A stretch of 32,179 nt of DNA from Candidatus Acidifodinimicrobium mancum (GTDB taxonomy: Archaea > Nanobdellota > Nanobdellia > Parvarchaeales > Parvarchaeaceae), in the NCBI GenBank assembly GCA_015121965.1, contig JADFAP010000017.1:5047-37225 (forward strand), given 5' to 3'. A program made the translations under genes and the position numbers. The notes beneath the pieces were generated by a model. That model did no database searches. It saw only the letters and a program-made list of their open reading frames with translations, and had not been told where the DNA came from. Positions 8,282 through 15,806 of the stretch are shown here, piece after piece. Positions within the stretch are counted from its first letter, which is position 1, and each line of letters starts with the position of its first letter.

Positions 8282-11200
8282 ATGACCTATATAAAAGAGA
8301 TAGAGCTGAACAACTTCAAGTCTTTCTCGGGCTCAAATAAGTTCACCTTCACTAAGACTATAAACGCGATAGTCGGGGCAAATGGTTCTGGGAAGAGCAA
8401 CATAATAGACGCGATAATGTTTGTGCTTGGAGAATCCTCAAAGAAGGAAATGAGAAGCGAGATGCTCTCGGACCTGGTGTTCAACGGCGGAAAGAAGCAG
8501 AAGCCTGCCGAGACAGCGTACGTTAAGCTTACCCTGGACAACTCAGATGGCAGCTTCAAAAGCACGGAAGAAAGGGAAGTTGCGTTGATGAGGAAGGTTG
8601 ACAAGAGCGGAAAGAGCGCATTCAGAGTCAATGGGAGAGCCTCGACAAGGGAAGAGATACTCAATCTTCTGGCGGAGGTTAAACTTGATAAGAACAACTT
8701 CAACATAGTTCCGCAGGGAGAGATACTGGAGATAACCTCTCTTCAGCCCGAGGAGAAGCTTGAGATAATAAAGAGCCTCTCTGGGATAAGCGTGTTTGAG
8801 GAGAAAAAGGAGAAAAGCATAGACGAGATGAAGAAGGTTGATGAAAACATAAACAAGATAGAAATGATGCAGAAGGAAAGACAGCGATTCATGGACCAGC
8901 TGAACGAAGAGAAGAAAAGAGCCGATGAGTTCAAGGAGCTTAAAGAGCAGCAGAGGACTCTGAAGGTCAAATCACTGCTTCTGAGGAAACAAAGCATCGA
9001 CAAGGATTTAGCATCATTACAAGCAGAGTATGACGTAATAAAAGGCAAATCTGGCGGTCTTGAGAGGGAGATAGAGGAGTTAGCCAAGAAGAAGAGCGAC
9101 ATCAACAGAGAGATAGAAGATATAAACCTAAAGGCGGGCGAAGAAGGAGAGAAGGAAATCTCAGAGGCAGAGGAAAATTACAGGTCGTTGGAGGGCGAAG
9201 TTGGTAGACTAAGAATTCTCAGCAATACTGATGCGGAGCAATTAAACCAAATAGCAAGCACAATAAAGAACCTTGAATCCTCGAAGGAGGATATAGAAAA
9301 ACAGATAGAAGCAGAGAACGGAATGATAGGGAGGGATACGAAAACATTGAGGTCCCTAGAGGAGAAGAGGGTTGAGCTTGATAAGATCTCATCCAAGGCA
9401 GAGAATTATCATGCGAAGGTAGAGGACCTGGAGAAGGAGCTCGGAAAGATAAACAAGGAGCTCTATGACTATAAGCTAGCGCTGTCAAATTACCCCAAGC
9501 TTCTGGAAAAACAGGAGAAAATAGCAACCCTCAGTGAGTCAAAGGCAAGCCTAACGGCAGAAAAGAATTCATCTACAATAAAATTTTCAGAGCTTAAGTC
9601 AGAGGTGGAAAGGCTTAGGTCTGAGCTTTCCCAGCATGAGAGGTCGATAAAGAACATAGAGCAGAGCCTGATCTCAAAGAGATCAAGCATGTTTGAGTAC
9701 AGCAGGGCGGTAGAGGTTTCCAGCAAGCTCAGTGCTTCTCTTCCGGGAGTATACGGCACTCTATCGCAGCTCTTTAGGGTTAAGGATATCAGTCATTCCG
9801 AGGCCATATTCAATGCAATTGGCAGGAGAGCCGACTTCATCGTAGTAGACACGGAGGACACGGCTTCCAAGGCGATAGAAGTGCTTAAGAGCAACAGGCT
9901 TGGCTCATTCTCCTTCATACCATTGAATAAAATTATATACTTCCCTGTCAGCGGCAGGCCTGGCGAAACGGGAGTCATAGATTATTTGATAAACCTTGTG
10001 GAGTACGATCAGAAGTTCGAAGGTGCAGTTAGGTTTGCGCTTTCAGACACAGTGCTGTTCGACTCATTCCAGAATGCAAAGAAGGTGATAGGCAAGTACA
10101 GGATGGTCACGCTAGACGGCACTGTATTTGAGAAGAATGGCGTGATATCTGGTGGATCTTCTAACAGGTCCGACACATTGGCATTGAACAGAAGCATTTC
10201 GGAATTGACAAGGGATCTGGAAAAGCAAAACGCAGAGAAGAATGAGCTTTCAGAGAAGCTGTCAAAGAAAGATGGTGAGCTGAATTTCCTGCTGTCAAGG
10301 ATAAACTATTCGGAGCAGAAGCTGAAGGAGGTCGAGAGGGAACTTAATGAAGCCCAGTCTAGCGTCAAGACCCTGTCAGGTTCAGAAGGAGACATAAGCA
10401 AGAAAATCTCAGAGTTAGAAGAAAGTAGGGCAAAGCTGATAGAGTCTCTGAGGATGTTCGAAACTCCAGCAGCGGATCAGAAGAACTATAAGGCTGAGAT
10501 AGACATACTAGACAAGGAGATAAAGGAGCTGGAGATCAAGATTGCCAATTCATCTAATAAGATAGAAAATATCTTGAAGTTTGAGCTCAACAATACCGCG
10601 AGAAGGCTGCAGGAATTAGCGAAAGAGAGGTCAAAGTTCGAGTCTGAGGTTTCTCAACTAAAAGGAAAGCTGGGCAGCCTGGAAAAAGACCTAGAGGCAT
10701 CTAAGGCGGAGGTTGAATCAAAATCGAAGACCCTGATCAGCCTCAGGAGAAGAAGGGAGGAACTGATGTCCGACCTGACTAAGATCGACAAGCAAATAGA
10801 CGGCCTTAGCCAGGATAACCAGAAGTTTGTGAATCAACTTAATGAGCTAAACCTGAAGAAAGCGGGGATAACTGCGAAATTGGAGACACTTGAAGAGGAG
10901 ATGAAAGCGTACGACTTAAGTGGAATAAGCTTAGAGGAGAAAGATGATCTACAGAATGTACAGAGCAGACTGAACAGCATGACAAGGAAGGTCGATAATT
11001 TTGGGCCTATAAATGAACTAGCGGTATCCAAGTACGATGAAGCGCTGGCTAAGTTTAATGAGAATAAGGCTCAATTGGACATATTGAACGGCGAAAAGCA
11101 GAAGCTTCTTGATGTGATAAGAGACATTGACCAAAAGAAGTTGCAAGCACTGATGGACACCCTCTCAGTTCTTAATGACATATTCGATAAAACCTTCAAC

Positions 11201-11614
11201 TTTGTGACTGGAGGCCATGCTAGCCTTATACCGGAGAATTCGGAGGATGTATTTGGAACTGGGCTGGATGTGAGAGTCGATCTTCCTAATAAGAAAGTGC
11301 ATTCTATAGTCGGGTTAAGCGGCGGAGAGCAGTCTATTGTCGCGATATGCCTGCTTTTAGCTATGTCAAAATTGACCGGTTCTCAATTCTATGTATTGGA
11401 TGAGGTAGATGCAGCCCTTGACTCGGTGAATGCCTCCAAATTCTCTTCCTTGCTCAAGAATTTCTCGGAGGGGGCGCAATTCATAATAATCTCACACAAT
11501 GACACGACCATATTGAATGTAGATAAGGCCTACGGGGTCTACATGGATGATTCAGGAATAAGTAGAGCAGTAAGCATAGATATAAATGAGACTATAAAAC
11601 AGAAAGCTCAGTAG
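8282..11614 (+). CDS. smc: Chromosome segregation protein SMC
   Basis: Walker A GANGSGKSN, Q-loop PQG, hinge GVYGTL...G..SFIPL...TLDG..GVISGG, GPINELA, signature LSGGEQS, Walker B LDEVDAALD, QFIIISH. Confidence 0.97.
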   Translation: MTYIKEIELNNFKSFSGSNKFTFTKTINAIVGANGSGKSNIIDAIMFVLGESSKKEMRSEMLSDLVFNGGKKQKPAETAYVKLTLDNSDGSFKSTEEREVALMRKVDKSGKSAFRVNGRASTREEILNLLAEVKLDKNNFNIVPQGEILEITSLQPEEKLEIIKSLSGISVFEEKKEKSIDEMKKVDENINKIEMMQKERQRFMDQLNEEKKRADEFKELKEQQRTLKVKSLLLRKQSIDKDLASLQAEYDVIKGKSGGLEREIEELAKKKSDINREIEDINLKAGEEGEKEISEAEENYRSLEGEVGRLRILSNTDAEQLNQIASTIKNLESSKEDIEKQIEAENGMIGRDTKTLRSLEEKRVELDKISSKAENYHAKVEDLEKELGKINKELYDYKLALSNYPKLLEKQEKIATLSESKASLTAEKNSSTIKFSELKSEVERLRSELSQHERSIKNIEQSLISKRSSMFEYSRAVEVSSKLSASLPGVYGTLSQLFRVKDISHSEAIFNAIGRRADFIVVDTEDTASKAIEVLKSNRLGSFSFIPLNKIIYFPVSGRPGETGVIDYLINLVEYDQKFEGAVRFALSDTVLFDSFQNAKKVIGKYRMVTLDGTVFEKNGVISGGSSNRSDTLALNRSISELTRDLEKQNAEKNELSEKLSKKDGELNFLLSRINYSEQKLKEVERELNEAQSSVKTLSGSEGDISKKISELEESRAKLIESLRMFETPAADQKNYKAEIDILDKEIKELEIKIANSSNKIENILKFELNNTARRLQELAKERSKFESEVSQLKGKLGSLEKDLEASKAEVESKSKTLISLRRRREELMSDLTKIDKQIDGLSQDNQKFVNQLNELNLKKAGITAKLETLEEEMKAYDLSGISLEEKDDLQNVQSRLNSMTRKVDNFGPINELAVSKYDEALAKFNENKAQLDILNGEKQKLLDVIRDIDQKKLQALMDTLSVLNDIFDKTFNFVTGGHASLIPENSEDVFGTGLDVRVDLPNKKVHSIVGLSGGEQSIVAICLLLAMSKLTGSQFYVLDEVDAALDSVNASKFSSLLKNFSEGAQFIIISHNDTTILNVDKAYGVYMDDSGISRAVSIDINETIKQKAQ

Positions 11615-12405
11615 TTGTCTCTGATAAATTTAACGAGCGTGGAGAGTTCCTTTAAGTTCAGCTGCTTGATCGTCTTCCTTGAGATGCCTTCTATGTCGCT
11701 TATCCTCTCCAGCAGGTAGTCCTTGCTGTTTCTCTTTGTCTTGGAGTTCATCTCACTATCCGCTTCAAGTATTGCATTTTTGACAAGCGAGTCAGATCTA
11801 TCAAGAACCTTCTGCACTATATCAGTTCTTCTCCTCCCGACCCACACCATCTTGCTCGTTATCCTAGGCGGCGGATAGAACTTGTCTTTTTCCACTTCAC
11901 ATATCACCTTAAAGTCCATGAATTGCTTCAGAGAGAAAGAAAGCACGGTTTCGTTCACTCCTTCAGTCAGGCTATTGGCCAAAGTGTTCGGCAGTATCAT
12001 CACTCCGTTAACGAACTCATACCTTGATATCTTCAGGAGTATCCTGTCCACTATGTTGTAAGGCGGATTCGACACGATCTTGGTAAATCTAGGGAGAATC
12101 ATGTCGGTAATGTCGTTGTTGATCAACACTACATTCTTATTCAGCTCGAAAGTGCTTACAAGGTAAGAGTATAACCTGAAATCCTTCTCTATGGCTACAA
12201 CACTGCATAGCTTGGCCGCCCTCTCAGTTATGTACCCGAATCCAGCGCCGATATCCAGCACTACATCTTTTTTGTTTAAGTCAGCCGATTCTATCTCCTT
12301 GTTCAGAAGGTTTTCATCGATTAAGAAATTCTGCCCTTCTTTATCCAGGTTTTCAAGCTCAAAATCCCTCACTAGCTTAATTGTCGTATCCAAAAGCACA
12401 TTCAT
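11608..12405 (-). CDS. rsmA: 16S rRNA adenine dimethyltransferase KsgA/Dim1
   Basis: GQNFL, VLDIGAGFG.IT, IEKD, VSNPPY and FYPPP motifs. Confidence 0.92.
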   Translation of the reverse strand: MNVLLDTTIKLVRDFELENLDKEGQNFLIDENLLNKEIESADLNKKDVVLDIGAGFGYITERAAKLCSVVAIEKDFRLYSYLVSTFELNKNVVLINNDITDMILPRFTKIVSNPPYNIVDRILLKISRYEFVNGVMILPNTLANSLTEGVNETVLSFSLKQFMDFKVICEVEKDKFYPPPRITSKMVWVGRRRTDIVQKVLDRSDSLVKNAILEADSEMNSKTKRNSKDYLLERISDIEGISRKTIKQLNLKELSTLVKFIRDNY

Positions 12406-12698
12406 ACTTTGCTCTTTACTTTGCTAGGCACTTTAAACTTTTCGATTAGATATTCCGTACCGCATTTGCTGCACTTTATGGGTATGTACTCCTTGTTTTT
12501 CCCGTTTTCTTTCTTCTTCATGGTAGTCAGATCAGAATTAAAGTTGTTATTAAATCCGCATGAGGGGCAGGCAAATCTGAATGTATAAGACTTAGATGAT
12601 TTAAGCTTGTATATGAATACCCTGCTACTCTCGCCATTGTAGTTTATTGTCGATTTTTTGAAGTAGTCGCAATCCTCTAACTTCGGCAGGTCTTCCAT
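12402..12698 (-). CDS. Small zinc-ribbon protein of unknown function
   Basis: CPSC and CSKC pairs, lysine-rich; ATGA overlap with rsmA; TATA-like TTTATAAA about 22 nt upstream. Confidence 0.75.
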   Translation of the reverse strand: MEDLPKLEDCDYFKKSTINYNGESSRVFIYKLKSSKSYTFRFACPSCGFNNNFNSDLTTMKKKENGKNKEYIPIKCSKCGTEYLIEKFKVPSKVKSKV

Positions 12699-12846
12699 AC
12701 TCTAATAATGGAAATTTGATTTATAAACTTATTTTAGATCCTTTGATAGGACATTACTGTCTGATTATTGTTAGAACTGTACCCATAAATTACCTTATTT
12801 GGAGGCTTTAGAAAGGGTTAAATATAAAAAATTCTACTTAAATGCC

Positions 12847-13128
12847 ATGGAAACCAAGAGTGCAGAAGGTAAGAATGAGAGGGTTGATGCTAGGGCAATA
12901 GTTGGCAAGCCGGTCGTTGGCAAGAGCGGAAAGAAGCTAGGTATAGTGGCTGATTTGATATACGAGGTTAGAACTGGAGAGCTGGTTTATCTAACTTTAA
13001 AGTCGCCCACAAGCTATGCTTCATCGTTCCAGCTTGAGAAGGACGAATCTGGCAACTACGAAGTCCCTTACAATTCAGTCATCTCAGTCAGTGACTTTGT
13101 GATCGTTTCTGAAGAGGACATAGTTTAG
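12847..13128 (+). CDS. PRC-barrel domain protein (CdpB-like)
   Basis: IVGKPVV.KSGKKLG.V.DL....TGEL..L...VPY..V.SV.DFVIV. ATG at 12847 preferred over the upstream TTG. Confidence 0.88.
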   Translation: METKSAEGKNERVDARAIVGKPVVGKSGKKLGIVADLIYEVRTGELVYLTLKSPTSYASSFQLEKDESGNYEVPYNSVISVSDFVIVSEEDIV

Positions 13129-13146
13129 TCCGCTCTGTTTAAAATT

Positions 13147-13365
13147 ATGGGAAGAATAAGAGGCAAGACAACAAGGCAGTATACGCTAGAAGTGCTTAAG
13201 CTAAGGAGATTTCTTTTCACTGATAACTTTGAAACAAATAAGGAGATGATCAAGGAACTCTTTCCAGAGAGCAAAATCGTCAGGAACAAGGTGGCCGGCT
13301 TTATAACTAACTTGGCCAAGCAAAAGAAGCTCGAATCATTTATAATAGAACATTCAGCTAAGTAG
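13147..13365 (+). CDS. rps17e: 30S ribosomal protein S17e
   Basis: MGRIR, FTDNFETNK and SKIVRNKVAGFIT motifs. Confidence 0.95.
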   Translation: MGRIRGKTTRQYTLEVLKLRRFLFTDNFETNKEMIKELFPESKIVRNKVAGFITNLAKQKKLESFIIEHSAK

Positions 13366-14281
13366 ATTTGAATTTTTTCCTGTTCAGCACGAGCTTTATG
13401 CCTTTCTCATAAGATGCTATGCCTATAACTACCACCACAAATATCACAATGAAGAATCCTATGCCTAGATTATGGAGGTTATGTACCTCCAAAGGTGTTA
13501 GGATCGCAAAGTTGTTTATCTGCGGGAACAGTATGACCAACACCCCTGCTACCAGAAAGGCTAATCCCCCGTAAACAAGCACGTGGGATGACATGTATCT
13601 CGCCAGGAATTGAAGCCCTTCCTTTGTAACCTTTTTCACTTTCGTTATCCAAGTACCAAAAACCGCACCAAACGCGAATTGCATCGTCATAGTCCCTAAA
13701 CCGAACAGCAGGCCTGGTAGGAACGCGACGTACGCATTTGGCATTGCCGGGACGAAGATGAAGTAGATTATCATCGCGAATGCACCGAATCCAAAGCCAG
13801 CTATCAATCCGTGCACAAGTGCCATCTTGCTTGATACGTCTCTGCTGTAGAAATCTATGTCTTTGTGTCTCTCACTCTTTGGCACGAACGCTCTATTTAT
13901 CAGCCTGTCTATCTCTAAATGCGGCCAGTAGTTGCCGGTTATTACGTAGTTGCCAGCTATGAACATTACAAAACCGACAAGGATGTAAACAGCGCCAAAG
14001 AATATGGCTGATGAAAACACCGATTTTATCTGCGGAAATCCGAACATTATCAGCAGGAATATTACTTCAGACATCAATGCTCTCTGGATCGTGAAGCCAA
14101 GGGAAAATATCGCACCCCTCTCCGCACCTTTGGTTGCACCGTAACTCCCGATTGCATAAGAAAAAGTTATCGGCCAGGTGTGTTCATCAGGCGTTATTCC
14201 GTGGACGATTCCGAGCAGATAAGATATCAATAATGAAACGCCCAGGCCTTCAAATACTGGATTGAACAGATTTATGTCCAT
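13358..14281 (-). CDS. Multi-pass membrane protein, NiCoT/UreH-like putative metal transporter
   Basis: About 7 hydrophobic segments; LLGIVHGITPDEHTWP resembles the HxxxxDH metal motif; HGLIAGFG and FGLGTM motifs. Confidence 0.65.
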   Translation of the reverse strand: MDINLFNPVFEGLGVSLLISYLLGIVHGITPDEHTWPITFSYAIGSYGATKGAERGAIFSLGFTIQRALMSEVIFLLIMFGFPQIKSVFSSAIFFGAVYILVGFVMFIAGNYVITGNYWPHLEIDRLINRAFVPKSERHKDIDFYSRDVSSKMALVHGLIAGFGFGAFAMIIYFIFVPAMPNAYVAFLPGLLFGLGTMTMQFAFGAVFGTWITKVKKVTKEGLQFLARYMSSHVLVYGGLAFLVAGVLVILFPQINNFAILTPLEVHNLHNLGIGFFIVIFVVVVIGIASYEKGIKLVLNRKKFKST

Positions 14282-14370
14282 GATACCTAACTAGGATACT
14301 AATTATTCACCTACCTTTCAGATAAACTGAAAGCCTTTTTAACTTTAAAAGCTTAATCTTTTTTTGTTTT

Positions 14371-14442
14371 GCCTCGGTGGCTCAGTGGTAGAGCGTTTCC
14401 TTGGTAAGGAAAAGGCCGCGAGTTCGATCCTCGCCCGAGGCT
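14371..14442 (+). tRNA. tRNA-Thr(GGT)
   Basis: GCCTCGG/CCGAGGC acceptor stem, anticodon arm TTTCC-TTGGTAA-GGAAA, T-loop TTCGATC; no intron. Confidence 0.96.
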
Positions 14443-14495
14443 GAATTTATCAGTAGAGATAAATATAATAGGTTAAAAAAAGAAGATTAAAATTT

Positions 14496-15086
14496 TCAGC
14501 CTGAAAATGTCGATGCCTTTAATAATTGCTCGGTTAATAAAACTTTGGAGTCACAGACATTTGCAAGATAATAAGAGAGTGAAAAGCGCGTTTTATTTTT
14601 ATTATCAGTATAATAATAAAGTATAACTCTAGTTCCTTCTTCCTTTGCGGCTTTTATTACAGGTACAAAGTCGGTATCGCAGGTTAATAATATCGCTGTT
14701 TTAATGCCATATTTTTCCTTAAGTTTCAATAAATCAATTGTAAATAGAGTGTCAACACCCTTTTCTGTGAATTTTTCTTCCGGCTTTCCATTATTAAATA
14801 TTTTTAGTTTCTGTAAACGCCCCTCTCTTACAGTTATATTCATTTTTTGAAGCCGGTCTTTAAATTTATCATATTTTGCCTTCCTGCTTGATTCATCTGC
14901 TGTTGGCTTTGAACTTTGGAATGGCGGGCAGGTATAGAAAAATATTTCTTTACACCATAAATTGTTTTCCTTAGCCATATTTACGGCCAAATCGTTAATA
15001 TTTATCCGTTTGTCTCCGTTTAAACCTAATTCTTTAGAAATTAAATCTAAATAATGAGCTTCTATAAGGATAGCGGCGTACTCCAT
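14496..15086 (-). CDS. NYN domain (LabA/DUF88, PIN-like) putative ribonuclease
   Basis: FFY.CPP.QS, EKGVD...IDL, TCDTDFVP....K..G..V and S..L...CD motifs. ATG at 15086 preferred; AT-rich relative to core genes. Confidence 0.88.
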   Translation of the reverse strand: MEYAAILIEAHYLDLISKELGLNGDKRININDLAVNMAKENNLWCKEIFFYTCPPFQSSKPTADESSRKAKYDKFKDRLQKMNITVREGRLQKLKIFNNGKPEEKFTEKGVDTLFTIDLLKLKEKYGIKTAILLTCDTDFVPVIKAAKEEGTRVILYYYTDNKNKTRFSLSYYLANVCDSKVLLTEQLLKASTFSG

Positions 15087-15089
15087 AAT

Positions 15090-15135
15090 AAAAAAAAAAT
15101 TACACTGGCGACCCCGTAGGATCACCAGGGATCAT
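15090..15135 (-). promoter_or_regulatory. Structured leader of the NYN gene: 11-codon uORF, cUACGg hairpin and U10 tract
   Basis: Minus strand reads ATG ATC CCT GGT GAT CCT ACG GGG TCG CCA GTG TAA TTTTTTTTTT ATT ATG. Stem CUGGUGAUCC-UACG-GGGUCGCCAG at 15105-15128; TTTATAAA box at 15157-15164. Confidence 0.65.
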
Positions 15136-15349
15136 AATTGATTATGGTAATGGACCTTTATAAAGTTAACTCAACCCGTTTTTGATTGGAAATCTCAAGT
15201 TTTATTCTTTTGAACAGAAATCTAAGTGGTTGACTTTCACAGAATGCGCTTAATCGATTACTGCTTTAAGTTTATAGGATTCATTGGCGTTTTTGCACAT
15301 TGAGCTCTACTGTTTAACTATATTGGCTAAAGTATAGAATTGAAAAGTG

Positions 15350-15754
15350 CTATAACTCATGTGTATAAAATACATGCCTCGGCTCTTCCTCAAGCATACT
15401 ACTGATCTCCTCTATGTGCGTTATACCCGCATTCTCAAGTTCAGAGCTGTAAAATTTGTTTACGTTTATACCCTCTGAGTAGATAACAGAGCATAGATAC
15501 TCAGTCTTTCGCTTTCCTGTTCGGTCGAAATCATATAGGAATATAGCACCATTGTAATTTGTTATATCTCCTATTATCTTATCCGCGTTTTTATACGCAC
15601 CTAGAATTATCTTGTCCTCTTTTATCCCAAACTTTATAAGTGCGTTTTTATCTCTTTTTCCCTCGACTATGATTGCATAATTATTTTCCTCAGAGAAACG
15701 CTCAATTTCGGATAATATCCTAGTTAAGCTTTTCGATTTCCATTTCTTAACCAT
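15350..15754 (-). CDS. Small TOPRIM-domain protein (RNase M5/primase-like)
   Basis: IIVEGKRDKNAL and LYDFDRTG (DxD) motifs. Confidence 0.88.
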   Translation of the reverse strand: MVKKWKSKSLTRILSEIERFSEENNYAIIVEGKRDKNALIKFGIKEDKIILGAYKNADKIIGDITNYNGAIFLYDFDRTGKRKTEYLCSVIYSEGINVNKFYSSELENAGITHIEEISSMLEEEPRHVFYTHEL

Positions 15755-15806
15755 CCAATCCCCAATATTTGGATCTTGTTTATCATTTAAAACATTCGTT
15801 TTGGTA

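Noticed and set aside
8282..11614. SMC as part of a Wadjet/MksBEF or Rad50/SbcC defence or repair system
   Set aside because: It has a canonical SMC hinge, no zinc hook, and no jetABD or mre11 neighbours. The TOPRIM gene is a small RNase M5-like type several genes away.
15087..15125. N-terminal extension of NYN from GTG 15125 (MILRGRQCNFFFII)
   Set aside because: It reads through the hairpin and U10 tract; the NYN fold begins right after ATG 15086.
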